A stretch of 64,000 nucleotides of DNA from Flavobacteriaceae bacterium (GCA_029265595.1 JAJUIC010000002.1:3521-67520), one strand, 5' to 3'. Positions 9,595 through 20,007 are shown, numbered from the stretch's first letter. The notes: a model not told the origin generated them from the sequence alone. Made by a program: numbers and translations.

Positions 9595-10689
9595 ATGCAA
9601 ATTAAGGATATCATCTCCTCTCTGGAGGTACTTGCACCTTTAAGATATGCAGAGGATTTTGACAATGTTGGACTTATTACAGGATCTCCCCAGTGGGAAG
9701 CTACAGGAGTTTTAGTCTGTCTGGACGCTCTGGAAGAAGTCGTGGATGAGGCCATTGGAAGCCAGTGTAACCTCATCCTTACCTTCCACCCGATTGTCTT
9801 TAAGGGACTGAAACAATTTTCTGGTGGTTCCTATGTAGAAAGATCTGTTATTAAGGCCATCAAAAACGACATCGCCATTTTTGCTATCCATACCGCTTTA
9901 GACAACCAATTTAAAGGCGTCAATCATATGATTGCAGAAAAATTGGGATTGATAAACCGCCGTATCTTAATTCCACGGATAAGAGAAATCCAGAAGCTGG
10001 TTACCTATGTGCCTACGGAACAGGCCGGGCAGGTGCGAAATGCTCTTTTTGAGGCTGGAGCAGGAAGTATTGGCAATTATGATCAGTGCAGTTTTAACCT
10101 TGAAGGAACCGGTACATTCCAGGGCAATGAGGATTCCGATCCCGTAGTTGGTGAAAAAGGAAAGTTACATTTCGAACCGGAAACCAGAATTTCCGTCACC
10201 TTTCCCTCCCACCTCAAAGGAGGAATCACTAACGCCCTTTTCAAAGCACATCCCTATGAAGAAGTGGCTTATGAAATCACCACCCTGGAAAACGAACATC
10301 AGCATCTGGGAATGGGAATGATTGGAGATTTAGCGAAGCCTGAAGAGGAAACCACCTTTTTAGAACACGTCAAAAAAGTGTTTAAAACCGGGTGCATCCG
10401 ACACTCGACCCTCAGAGGCAAGCCTATTCGAAAGGTGGCGGTCCTGGGAGGAAGCGGGAGCTTTGCCATTAATCAGGCCAAAGCTGGAGGAGCAGATATA
10501 TTTTTAAGTGCTGATTTTAAGTACCACGATTTTTTCCAGGCAGAAAACCAATTTATTTTGGCTGATATCGGCCATTATGAGAGCGAACAATTTACAAAAG
10601 ATTTGTTGTGTGACTATCTTAGGGAAAAATTTCCTAATTTTGCAGTCGTTTTATCACACACAAACACCAATCCTATCAAGTATTTTTGA
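9595..10689 (+). CDS. Nif3-like dinuclear metal centre hexameric protein
   Basis: DNVGL, FHP, HTALD, HPYEE PII-like insert, GHYESE. Confidence 0.93.
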   Translation: MQIKDIISSLEVLAPLRYAEDFDNVGLITGSPQWEATGVLVCLDALEEVVDEAIGSQCNLILTFHPIVFKGLKQFSGGSYVERSVIKAIKNDIAIFAIHTALDNQFKGVNHMIAEKLGLINRRILIPRIREIQKLVTYVPTEQAGQVRNALFEAGAGSIGNYDQCSFNLEGTGTFQGNEDSDPVVGEKGKLHFEPETRISVTFPSHLKGGITNALFKAHPYEEVAYEITTLENEHQHLGMGMIGDLAKPEEETTFLEHVKKVFKTGCIRHSTLRGKPIRKVAVLGGSGSFAINQAKAGGADIFLSADFKYHDFFQAENQFILADIGHYESEQFTKDLLCDYLREKFPNFAVVLSHTNTNPIKYF

Positions 10690-10691
10690 CT

Positions 10692-11474
10692 ATGGCAAAA
10701 AAGACCGAAGTTACTGTAGAAGAGAAGTTACGAGCGCTGTATGATCTTCAATTAATCGACTCTCGTGTAGATGAGATCAGAAACGTGCGCGGTGAACTTC
10801 CTTTGGAGGTAGAAGATTTAGAAGACGAGGTTGCCGGTCTGAACACCCGTTTGGAACGGCTGCATGGAGACCTGGAAGTCATAAAGAGTGACATCAGCAA
10901 TAAAGAGAATTTAATCGAAGAGGCCAAAGCGGCTATAAAGAAATACACCGAACAGCAAAAGAACGTCCGGAACAACCGGGAATTCAACTCGCTTTCTAAG
11001 GAAATTGAATATCAGGAACTTGAAATAGAACTGGCTCAAAAGCATATCAGAGAATTCAGAGTTCAGATTGAACAAAAGAAAGAAGTGATAGAGCAAACAA
11101 AAGAACGACTCACTGAAAGAGAAAATCACCTTTCTCATAAAAAAGGGGAATTGGATGAAATTCTTGCTGAAACGGAAAAAGAAGAACAGGCCCTGATTGA
11201 GAAATCAAACGAGTACGAAAAGCAAATTGAGGAGCGTCTTGTGAAAGCATATAAGCGCATCCGTCAAAGTGTAAAAAATGGGCTTGCAGTAGTACCTATT
11301 GAACGTGGTGCTTCGGGTGGATCATTTTTCACGATTCCTCCACAAGTACAGATGGAAATCGCTTCCAGACGTAAAATTATAACAGATGAACACAGTGGCC
11401 GGATTCTTGTCGATGAGCAATTGGCCCAGGAGGAGCGTGAGAAAATGGAAGAATTATTCAGAAGTTTTAAGTAA
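10692..11474 (+). CDS. Coiled-coil plus C4-type zinc-ribbon family protein (Cys-less variant)
   Basis: LQLIDSR..E, long coiled coil, GLAVVPIERGASGGSFFTIPPQ...DEHSGRIL; typical partner of Nif3. Confidence 0.88.
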   Translation: MAKKTEVTVEEKLRALYDLQLIDSRVDEIRNVRGELPLEVEDLEDEVAGLNTRLERLHGDLEVIKSDISNKENLIEEAKAAIKKYTEQQKNVRNNREFNSLSKEIEYQELEIELAQKHIREFRVQIEQKKEVIEQTKERLTERENHLSHKKGELDEILAETEKEEQALIEKSNEYEKQIEERLVKAYKRIRQSVKNGLAVVPIERGASGGSFFTIPPQVQMEIASRRKIITDEHSGRILVDEQLAQEEREKMEELFRSFK

Positions 11475-11486
11475 GATCTGATTGTC

Positions 11487-11515
11487 AAAAGGCCGCCACT
11501 ATGGCGGCTTTTTTT
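11487..11515 (+). terminator. Intrinsic terminator
   Basis: GCCGCCA-CTA-TGGCGGC stem followed by T7. Confidence 0.85.
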
Positions 11516-11663
11516 AATGCAATAAACTTCTAACGGAAAACCGGAATTTTTCGGGCATTTTCGAAACTAACCTACCTGCAGCTGCCATTTTTTTTGCTTC
11601 GGCAGCTCCTATAAGAACTAAAAATTTTATTTTTGAGCTGGACGTCAAAACGTTAGTTAGCGC

Positions 11664-13166
11664 ATGAATCTTACTCCCGAAAACATTCTCCTGATCGGCT
11701 CAATACTACTGTTAATAAGTGTTTTTGCAGGAAAAACCTCCTATAGATTCGGGGTCCCCACCCTGTTGTTATTTCTACTAGTTGGTATGCTTGCGGGGAG
11801 TGATGGAGTGGGAGGAATCGAATTTGATGACCCCTCCATAGCGCAATTCATTGGTATTGTAGCTTTGAACTTCATTTTGTTCTCAGGAGGTTTGGACACG
11901 AACTGGAAGTCTGTGAAACCGATCCTATGGCAGGGAATTTCCCTCTCTACCCTGGGTGTCTTTTTCACGGCTGTGTCTTTAGGTGTCTTCGTTTGGGCCA
12001 TCACAGATTTCACCATATTTGAGGCTCTCCTGCTGGGTTCGATTGTATCTTCAACTGATGCGGCAGCGGTGTTTTCCATCTTGCGCTCGAAAAACCTCGC
12101 CCTAAAAAGTAATTTAAGGCCAACCCTGGAGTTAGAGAGCGGAAGTAACGACCCCATGGCGTACATGTTGACCATAGCTTGTTTAGGGATGGTTTTAAAT
12201 CCTGATCAAAGCTTGTGGTCAATCGTTCCTCTTTTCATTCAGCAACTGGTGCTGGGGGCCGCCCTCGGATTTTTCCTGGGTAAGCTGGGGAAAATCATCA
12301 TCAATCGCATTTCTCTTGATTTTGAAGGCCTATATCCGGTACTGGTAATCGCTATAATGTTCCTGGTGTTCTCCGTCACGGATACCCTTGGGGGGAATGG
12401 GTTTTTAGCTGTTTATCTTGCAGGACTGTATTTGGGAAATCAGGATCTTATCCATAAGCGGACCATTCTTCGGTTTTTCGACGGGACAGCCTGGTTGATG
12501 CAAATTGTCCTGTTTTTGACGCTGGGACTTCTGGTCTACCCTTCTCAAATTCTACCTGTTCTGGGACTCGGAATGGCTGCATCTGCTTTCCTGATTATTG
12601 TGGCTCGACCTGTAGGGGTCTTTCTGAGCTTACTTCCCTTTAAAATGAAGATGAGACGCCGGTGGTACATTTCATGGGTAGGTTTACGGGGAGCCGTTCC
12701 AATTGTATTTGCGACCTATCCCCTTATTGCCGGAATTGAAAAAGCACCGATGATTTTTCATATTGTCTTTTTCATATCCGTCACCTCGGTCCTGCTTCAG
12801 GGAACCACCCTCTCTATAGTGGCCAAATGGCTGCATGTTGCGCTTCCGATGAAAGTCAAACCTAAATCTCCGGTGGATACCTTTCTCTCGGAAAGCACCA
12901 AATCCATGATACGGGAAATTAAAATTCCACTTGGAAATCTCTCCGTAGGAAAACGCATTGTGGATCTGAGTTTCCCCCGAAAGTCCATTATTGCCATGAT
13001 TTCCCGGAACGATGAGTTCCTCACTCCTAATGGTTCTACGGAAATTGAGGCAGACGATACCCTTATTATTCTACTTGAAGACCGTAAGGAGCTCAATGAT
13101 GTATACGAGAGCCTTTATCTTAATCCAGATGATGTCGAGGACCAGGAGTTTATCCTAGAGCGCTAG
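11664..13166 (+). CDS. Potassium/proton antiporter (CvrA/NhaP2 type) with TrkA-C domain
   Basis: STDAAAVFSILR, ESGSNDP, WVGLRGAVPI; C-terminal RCK_C-like domain. Confidence 0.93.
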   Translation: MNLTPENILLIGSILLLISVFAGKTSYRFGVPTLLLFLLVGMLAGSDGVGGIEFDDPSIAQFIGIVALNFILFSGGLDTNWKSVKPILWQGISLSTLGVFFTAVSLGVFVWAITDFTIFEALLLGSIVSSTDAAAVFSILRSKNLALKSNLRPTLELESGSNDPMAYMLTIACLGMVLNPDQSLWSIVPLFIQQLVLGAALGFFLGKLGKIIINRISLDFEGLYPVLVIAIMFLVFSVTDTLGGNGFLAVYLAGLYLGNQDLIHKRTILRFFDGTAWLMQIVLFLTLGLLVYPSQILPVLGLGMAASAFLIIVARPVGVFLSLLPFKMKMRRRWYISWVGLRGAVPIVFATYPLIAGIEKAPMIFHIVFFISVTSVLLQGTTLSIVAKWLHVALPMKVKPKSPVDTFLSESTKSMIREIKIPLGNLSVGKRIVDLSFPRKSIIAMISRNDEFLTPNGSTEIEADDTLIILLEDRKELNDVYESLYLNPDDVEDQEFILER

Positions 13167-14556
13167 AAAAGAAGATTTTGGGTTCCTGACTTTTCTGCCT
13201 GGAATCTTCAAAATGGTGAAGAAGGGCCAGTATTTTTTCTTCTGTTTGGGAAGACTTCCAGTCGGTACGTCGTAATTCTGGATCATTCATGATCTCATCC
13301 ATAATTTTATCTTGCCGGGCACCTTCCTCTATGGCCTCGGTATAAGGCCGGTTCGAAAACGTCACCCGGGAATAAAGAGGAATCCACCTATCGGGGTGCA
13401 GCTCAGTAAACCAGGCTTCAATTTTTTTCCTTAAAAGAAAATCTTCATCGGCTGTATCGCTACTCATTTCCAGGAAGTTCTGATAACTCAGTTCAGCAAT
13501 TGCATCTGCCTGTGGTTTCCGTAGACGTTGATAATCCTGTAGTGTTTTTTCCCAATCAAATTGGTGAGCAATCAGCAGGTCTACGAGAACTTTAACATCT
13601 TCAAATCCTGCATTCATTCCCTGTCCGTAAAATGGTACTACTGCATGAGAAGCATCCCCTATCAAAGCAACCTTATCCTGATAAGTCCATGGATAGCACT
13701 TGATGGTCACCATGGAACTGGTAGGATTCTTAAAGAAATCCTGAGTCAAGTTTTCGATTTCATCCTTGACATCCGGAAAAAATCGATCAAAAAAAGCAGC
13801 CGTTTTCTCCTTGGTATCTAAACTTTCAAAAGAGTATTCGCCTTCAAAAGGAAGAAAAAGAGTACTGGTAAAACTCCCATCAAGATTAGGCATGGCGATC
13901 AACATGAAATCTCTTCTGGGCCAGATATGAAAAGAGTTTTTCTCCAGCTTATGGCTTCCGTCCTTATTGGGAGGAATCCGCAGTTCTTTATATCCTACTT
14001 TTAAAAAGTGCTGTGAGTAATCAAATCTGCTCTGGCGCTGCATTTTATGCCTTATTCTGGAAAACGCCCCATCTGCCCCAAATACCACATCAAACTGATG
14101 GGGGGTTAAGGCCTGTTTGTCTGCATCCCCGGCATAAATACACGCTTGTTCAAGATCAATATCCCAAATCTTTTCATTAAATCGGAAAATAACTCCCCGA
14201 TTTTCTGCCAGATCAATCATAGTGCCATTGAGAAGCCCTCGAGAAATAGAATAGATAGCCTGATCACTTTCCCCATAAGGTTGATAATACAGGGGTTTAT
14301 CCACCACATGAAGGGCTCTTTTATACATAGGAATCGCAAGTGCCCTGATTTGTTTATCAATCTGAGCCTCCTTCAATGCCGTCCAGCCACGATCCGAAAT
14401 CGCCAGATTAATCGAGCGACCCGAAAATCCCACCTTCCTCATATCCGGCCGACGATCAAAAACCACTACCTCATACCCTAAGTGCCTGAGATAAATAGCC
14501 AACAAAGTACCCACTAAACCAGAACCTACAATACCGATCTTCTTTTTGCTCCGCAT
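13150..14556 (-). CDS. kmo: Kynurenine 3-monooxygenase
   Basis: GSGLVG, GRSINLAIS.RG, HIWPR, GDASHAVVPFYGQGMNAGFED. Confidence 0.95.
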   Translation of the reverse strand: MRSKKKIGIVGSGLVGTLLAIYLRHLGYEVVVFDRRPDMRKVGFSGRSINLAISDRGWTALKEAQIDKQIRALAIPMYKRALHVVDKPLYYQPYGESDQAIYSISRGLLNGTMIDLAENRGVIFRFNEKIWDIDLEQACIYAGDADKQALTPHQFDVVFGADGAFSRIRHKMQRQSRFDYSQHFLKVGYKELRIPPNKDGSHKLEKNSFHIWPRRDFMLIAMPNLDGSFTSTLFLPFEGEYSFESLDTKEKTAAFFDRFFPDVKDEIENLTQDFFKNPTSSMVTIKCYPWTYQDKVALIGDASHAVVPFYGQGMNAGFEDVKVLVDLLIAHQFDWEKTLQDYQRLRKPQADAIAELSYQNFLEMSSDTADEDFLLRKKIEAWFTELHPDRWIPLYSRVTFSNRPYTEAIEEGARQDKIMDEIMNDPELRRTDWKSSQTEEKILALLHHFEDSRQKSQEPKIFFSSALG

Positions 14557-14831
14557 GACGTGCTTTTACAGATCAAAATTAAGCTTTTACTTCAAACGGC
14601 CCACTCCCCCACAAGAATTACTGTAAGATTAACGTTCCGCGGGATTTCATCTCTGGGCTGATCCAAAAACAAACAAAAGATCGCGTTAAACAGAAGTTAA
14701 ACCACAGAGCATCAACCTGTTATTTATGTATCTTTAATCTAAACAAATAGAATAAGCCGCAATATTTTTAACCGGAATAATTAAAAACATTTTTTAACCA
14801 GTAACCATATGTTACAAAAAATAACCTACCT

Positions 14832-14987
14832 ATGAGAGATTTAGTATGGCTTATCATCGTTCTGTTGATAATTGGATGGCTGATTGGATACTTTGCTTTC
14901 CCGGATTTAGGAAGCATCATCCACATCCTGATAGTGATTGCTGTGATCATGATTATCTACAAATTATTAACAGGAAGACGACTATAA
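14832..14987 (+). CDS. Small two-TM membrane protein (lmo0937/DUF5670-like), 51 aa
   Basis: Translated by hand: MRDLVWLIIVLLIIGWLIGYFAFPDLGSIIHILIVIAVIMIIYKLLTGRRL*; absent from the ORF track. Confidence 0.85.
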   Translation: MRDLVWLIIVLLIIGWLIGYFAFPDLGSIIHILIVIAVIMIIYKLLTGRRL

Positions 14988-15002
14988 GTTCTTTTGGAAT
15001 AC

Positions 15003-15093
15003 GGAGATAACTTAAGTGAGCAACTGGTGTGATATCAAGACCCGTAAGTCTGGTCACAAAAAAATAATACACAAGCTTTTTTAAGTTATCTCC
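15003..15093. repeat. Long inverted repeat/hairpin downstream of the lmo0937-like gene
   Basis: Perfect 13-bp IR GGAGATAACTTAA / TTAAGTTATCTCC with inner TGTGA..TCACA and AGAC..GTCT stems. Confidence 0.7.
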
Positions 15094-15184
15094 TCTTTAT
15101 TCATTGTTCCGGCAGGCTTTTCGGAAAGAAGATATTTCTGCTGGATTCCTCTTTACTTTTTTCACCGGTAGCGCTTTATTTGTG

Positions 15185-16471
15185 CTAGTTTGAAGCGCTG
15201 AGTTCAATAGCTTCTACTAGTATTTCACCAAATTCATAGAGGTCCACAAAGGACGTGTAAAAAGCAACCGGTGCAAGTCGGATCACACTGGGTTCCCTCC
15301 AATCCACAATAACACCCCTTCTCATCAAATGATCAAAGATTTCTTTTCCATTCTCTCCCAATAATAGGGATATTTGGGCTGCCCGCTGGGATGGATCTTT
15401 TGGAGTAATTATTTCAAATTCCGCTTCCACCTTCCCTGCTACCTGATCAATCACAAATTCCAAATAAGCGACCAGTTGTTGGCGCTTCGCAATGAGTTTT
15501 GGTAACCCTACTTCATTGAAAAGTTCAAGGGACGCTAAAAATGGCGCCATGGATAGCACAGAGGCATTGCTAATTTGCCAGGCATTGGCATCAGGTTCCG
15601 GCTGGAAATCAGGCTCCATTAAAAACCTTCTTTCCTTGCTATGACCCCACCAGCCTTCAAAGCGGGGAATGTCTTTTCTTCCATGATGCCGCTCATGAAT
15701 AAAACAGCCAGAGGCACTTCCCGGACCTGAATTGAGGTATTTATAACTACACCAGGCGGCGAAATCCACCCCCCATTTGTGTAAATGAAGTTCGACATTC
15801 CCGGCCGCATGAGCCAGATCCCAGCCCACCATGGCCCCCACAGCCTTACTTGCATCGGTTATTTGTGCCATATCCAGTACCTGTCCGTTGTAATAATTAA
15901 CGCCTCCCAAAAGCACCAATGCACACTCCTGTCCTACCTGATTGATGACTTCTATAATATCCTCGGTTCGGAAAAAATGTTCACCTGGACGTTTGCTAAC
16001 CTCCACTATACAATCTTCAGGGTTTAAACCGTGATGGCGCACCTGACTGGCCATCATATACTGGTCACTCGGGAAAGCCTTTTCCTCACATATAATCTTA
16101 AACCTATTCCGGGTAGGCCTATAAAACGAGACCATCATCAAATGTAGATTGACCGTAAGGGTGTTCATTACAGTAATTTCGGAAGGCTTGGCCCCCACTA
16201 TTGCCGCCAGCTTGTCCTGAAAGCGTTCGTGATAATCCCACCAGGGTCTGGAGCCGGAAAAATGACCTTCCACCGCAAGATTAGCCCAGTCATCCATAAT
16301 CTCATCGACATAGTCCCTTGCGATTTTTGGTTGCAACCCTAAGGAGTTGCCGGTGAAATAGAGCACCTCTTTTCCATCTACCTTAGGGAAATGGAAAGCT
16401 TGTTTGTAGTCTTTTAGCGGGTCCTTTCGATCTAGATTTTCTGCATAGGCCCGGGTAAAGGTGAAGTTCAT
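15185..16471 (-). CDS. kynU: Kynureninase
   Basis: GNSLGLQP, MNTLTVNLH, FPSD, DLAHAAGN, WCSYKYLNSGPG; start set to ATG 16471. Confidence 0.96.
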   Translation of the reverse strand: MNFTFTRAYAENLDRKDPLKDYKQAFHFPKVDGKEVLYFTGNSLGLQPKIARDYVDEIMDDWANLAVEGHFSGSRPWWDYHERFQDKLAAIVGAKPSEITVMNTLTVNLHLMMVSFYRPTRNRFKIICEEKAFPSDQYMMASQVRHHGLNPEDCIVEVSKRPGEHFFRTEDIIEVINQVGQECALVLLGGVNYYNGQVLDMAQITDASKAVGAMVGWDLAHAAGNVELHLHKWGVDFAAWCSYKYLNSGPGSASGCFIHERHHGRKDIPRFEGWWGHSKERRFLMEPDFQPEPDANAWQISNASVLSMAPFLASLELFNEVGLPKLIAKRQQLVAYLEFVIDQVAGKVEAEFEIITPKDPSQRAAQISLLLGENGKEIFDHLMRRGVIVDWREPSVIRLAPVAFYTSFVDLYEFGEILVEAIELSASN

Positions 16472-16583
16472 ATCAATGGCTTTTGCAGTAAATTTAAACA
16501 TTTTTGACCATCACAGGCTGTCATCCTTGGATCTTCTAAAAAAGGAAAAATCAAAAAGACTATCTTTGTGAAAAGCTTCAGCT

Positions 16584-17225
16584 ATGGATATACTCTCTCC
16601 TCTTATAGAAAAGTACATTGAACAACACACGGACAAAGAACCGGAATTACTCCGTCAACTCAATAGAGAGACCCATTCCAAAGTACTCCGCCCCAGGATG
16701 CTCAGTGGTCATTATCAAGGCAGGCTCCTGAGTCTGATTTCTCAACTGGTTGCACCCAAAAACATTTTAGAAATAGGAACTTACACAGGCTATTCAGCCT
16801 TATGTCTTGCTGAAGGACTTCGCCAAGATGGAGCCCTGCATACCATCGATATCAACGAGGAATTGTATGACCTCCAGCGACGCTATTTCGACCAGTCAGG
16901 AATGGGAGAGCGGATTCACCAACACATAGGAGATGCCCGCACGATTATTCCGGAATTAGACATGAAGTTCGACCTTGTTTTTATCGACGCTGATAAACCG
17001 AATTACTCCACTTATCTAGATTTAATCTTCGATAAGCTTACCTCGGGAGGCGTTCTTCTATCCGATAATGTTCTGTGGAGTGGAAAAGTTAGTCAGGATC
17101 TGCAGGAAGGGGATACTTCCACTCAGGCTTTGATCCAATACAACAAACGTCTGGCAGAGGACGACCGCTTCACCACCGTAATGCTTCCCATCAGAGATGG
17201 ACTTACCATCAGCAGAAAAAAATGA
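16584..17225 (+). CDS. SAM-dependent O-methyltransferase (CCoAOMT/MdmC-like)
   Basis: ILEIGTYTGYS, FIDADK, DNVLW.G, RDGL; -7 box TATCTTTG at 16561-16568. Confidence 0.92.
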   Translation: MDILSPLIEKYIEQHTDKEPELLRQLNRETHSKVLRPRMLSGHYQGRLLSLISQLVAPKNILEIGTYTGYSALCLAEGLRQDGALHTIDINEELYDLQRRYFDQSGMGERIHQHIGDARTIIPELDMKFDLVFIDADKPNYSTYLDLIFDKLTSGGVLLSDNVLWSGKVSQDLQEGDTSTQALIQYNKRLAEDDRFTTVMLPIRDGLTISRKK

Positions 17226-17245
17226 GATATTCTAACAGAATGGAA

Positions 17246-17524
17246 CTAGCGACGCTTTACCGAACCAGTAAACTCGTCTAAATCCTCCTTGACCTGATCG
17301 ATTTCCTTTCTGACGTCATCAGCAAGGCTGGTATCCAAGCCTTGCTTTTCGGCACTTTTCATGACCTCACTTTTGATGTCATTGGTCGCATTTCGGATGG
17401 TTTTGAGTCCTTTACCCAAACCCCGGGCAATCTCCGGAACCTTGTCAGCACCAAAGACCATCACAACGATGAAAATTATAAAGGCGATCTCTGCGCCGCT
17501 TATGAATAAAGGAGTTGTCCACAT
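17246..17524 (-). CDS. Twin-arginine translocase TatA/TatB family subunit
   Basis: ISGAEIAFIIFIVVMVFGADKVPEIARGLGKG; start ATG 17524. Confidence 0.88.
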   Translation of the reverse strand: MWTTPLFISGAEIAFIIFIVVMVFGADKVPEIARGLGKGLKTIRNATNDIKSEVMKSAEKQGLDTSLADDVRKEIDQVKEDLDEFTGSVKRR

Positions 17525-17553
17525 AGTATGCAAATATAATGACTTAATCATCT

Positions 17554-17595
17554 AAAAAGAAAGCTGACTTGTTAAAGGTGAAAGCCAGCTTTCTT
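17554..17595 (-). terminator. Intrinsic terminator of the M1 peptidase gene
   Basis: AAGAAAGCTG..CAGCTTTCTT stem with a U-run on the minus strand. Confidence 0.65.
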
Positions 17596-17626
17596 CAAGT
17601 ATAAGATTAATTGAACTCGGTCCTAT

Positions 17627-19882
17627 TTAGGATCGCAGGTTCCAGGTATTGTTCCCTAAATCCACATCCGCAGTTTCTAAATCCGGATCCACCACGACTT
17701 TAGTAATCTCTTTATCAGAAGCGACAATTTTACTGACGGTCTCATTCCCCATTCTCCAGATTTGAACCGGATATTTTTTTCGCTGGGTAGACCCGTCACT
17801 ATAGGTATATTCGACGATTAGAGGCATCGGCATTTCCCCTAGCCGCTCAAAGGTAACTTCGTAAAAATACTGGGGTTGGTTCATAGCAGCCCGTTCCTGA
17901 GCATTGAAGTTTTCTTCTAAGAACTGTGAAAGCCGGGGCAGCTGAGTCGGTACCTGCCCCACCTGGCCATCCGAAAGTTCATCTTGGGTCACTACAAAAA
18001 GTGCATCCAGTTCCCCAGGATCCGAAATATTAAATCGCTCTAATAAGGCTTCCCCTGCAGGTGTCGGCTCCTCCGTAAAGAATACCTGTTGAACCTCTCG
18101 TACACCCAGGTCCACATACCCGGTCCGATAGAACCATCCGCGCCAAAACCAATCCAGCTCCACTCCTGATGCATCCTCCATGGTCCGGAAAAAATCTTCG
18201 GGTGTAGGATGTTTAAACATCCAGCGACGTGCATAGGTTTTAAATGCAAAATCAAAAGCTTCCGGACCCATAATAGTCTCCCGAAGGATGGTCAGCCCAG
18301 CAGCCGGTTTTCCATAGGCATTGTTCCCCAATTGAAAAATGTTTTCCGGATTGCTCATAATGGGTGCAATGTACTGGGGATCTCCTGCCATATACCGGGT
18401 AATTGATGCAGGCTCCCCTCTTCTGGAAGGATACTGGCTGAGCCCCTGAATGACTTCGGGATATTTTTGCCCGAACTCCTGTTCGGAATGGTATTGTAGA
18501 AATGCATTCAGGCCTTCATCCATCCATCCCCATTCCCGTTCATCGTTGTTCACAACCATCGGAAAGAAGTTATGGCCAATTTCATGCATGATTACACTGA
18601 TCATTCCAAATTTAACCGCATCACTATAAGTCCCATCTGGATTGGGTCGTCCGTGATTCCAGCAGATCATTGGATATTCCATTCCTTGCCGATCTGCATG
18701 AACCGACACCGCCTTACTGTAAGGATAATCAAAAGTTTTTTCAGAATAAGATTGAAGGGTATGTGCTACTACTTTTGTAGAAAATTCCTCCCATAACGGG
18801 TTACCTTCTTTAGGATAAAGGGAAACGGCCATGACATCTTTTTCTCCCACTTTCACGGCCATCATATCCAAAATGAACTTCCTGGAGGTGGCAAAAGCGA
18901 AATCTCTTACGCGCTCGGCCTTGAACTGCCAGGTCTTGGTTTTGCATGAAAAGCTTTTTTCCGCTTCTTCCGCCTCTTGTTGAGTAACTATGATGACGGG
19001 TTGATCATAAGAATCTTTAGCCTCTTCAAAGCGTCTCATCATCTTTCTGGAATACACCTGGTTCCGGTTCTGCAGGTCTCCGGTAGCTTCCAGTACATGA
19101 TCCGCAGGAACCGTAATACTCACCTCATAATCCCCAAAAGGCAGCGCCCACTCAGCATCTCCCCAGAACTGTCTGGTCTGCCAGCCTTCTACATCATCGT
19201 AAACCGCCATCCGAGGAAAGAATTGTGCCATTACATAAAGGTAATTCCCATCTTCCTCAAAATATTCATAACCAGACCTTCCACCGTCCAGAATGTAGTT
19301 ATTAATATTATACCACCAGGCAATATCGAATGAAAAACTCTCACCGGCCTGCAGCGGCTCCGGAAGATCCACTCGCATCATGGTGTTATTGATGAAATAG
19401 GGAAGGGATTTGCCGCCTGTACTGACTTCTGTTATATTAAATCCCCCCTCATAGGACTGATCCATATAATTAGCAACCAGAGATCCTGCCGGTACTACTG
19501 GAGGTAAGCCACTCCCATCTTTATCCTTAGCCGGGGCATCGGGAGCCCTCATGTTTTGATCTAACTGTACCCATAGAAATTCCAAGGCATCCGGAGAGTT
19601 ATTGTGATAAGTGATAGTTTCCCGACCGGTCAGTCGCTGGTTTCGATCATCCAATTTTATATCCATTTTGTAATCCGCTTCATTTTGATAATAAGCGGGA
19701 CCCGGTGATCCTGAAGCTGTCCTGAACTGATTGGGAGTCGCAAATTCTCGGGTCATTTTACTGAAAATATTCAGGGTTTGATCAGCGCTGGTCTGGCTTC
19801 CCTGATTTTCTGCTTCCTGTGCCATTCCCGACAGACCGAAAAGCACCAAAAAGACAGAAAAGAAGGCGTATCGTATGCTCAT
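17627..19882 (-). CDS. Secreted M1 family zinc metallopeptidase
   Basis: Signal peptide from ATG 19882; GMEYP and HEIGH-x18-E (MDEG) motifs. Confidence 0.92.
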   Translation of the reverse strand: MSIRYAFFSVFLVLFGLSGMAQEAENQGSQTSADQTLNIFSKMTREFATPNQFRTASGSPGPAYYQNEADYKMDIKLDDRNQRLTGRETITYHNNSPDALEFLWVQLDQNMRAPDAPAKDKDGSGLPPVVPAGSLVANYMDQSYEGGFNITEVSTGGKSLPYFINNTMMRVDLPEPLQAGESFSFDIAWWYNINNYILDGGRSGYEYFEEDGNYLYVMAQFFPRMAVYDDVEGWQTRQFWGDAEWALPFGDYEVSITVPADHVLEATGDLQNRNQVYSRKMMRRFEEAKDSYDQPVIIVTQQEAEEAEKSFSCKTKTWQFKAERVRDFAFATSRKFILDMMAVKVGEKDVMAVSLYPKEGNPLWEEFSTKVVAHTLQSYSEKTFDYPYSKAVSVHADRQGMEYPMICWNHGRPNPDGTYSDAVKFGMISVIMHEIGHNFFPMVVNNDEREWGWMDEGLNAFLQYHSEQEFGQKYPEVIQGLSQYPSRRGEPASITRYMAGDPQYIAPIMSNPENIFQLGNNAYGKPAAGLTILRETIMGPEAFDFAFKTYARRWMFKHPTPEDFFRTMEDASGVELDWFWRGWFYRTGYVDLGVREVQQVFFTEEPTPAGEALLERFNISDPGELDALFVVTQDELSDGQVGQVPTQLPRLSQFLEENFNAQERAAMNQPQYFYEVTFERLGEMPMPLIVEYTYSDGSTQRKKYPVQIWRMGNETVSKIVASDKEITKVVVDPDLETADVDLGNNTWNLRS

Positions 19883-20007
19883 GTTGATGTGAATTAAATT
19901 TATGGCTAAATTTAAACTATTCCCGCCGTTTCCCAAGTAAAACCACCAGAAACAAGCCGGGACCACCTCAAAACCCCCATAGAACCTTCACCACATTCAA
20001 CTTCATA

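Noticed and set aside
14768-14950. 60-aa minus-strand ORF in the track
   Set aside because: It is the antisense shadow of the better-supported plus-strand 14832-14987 membrane protein.
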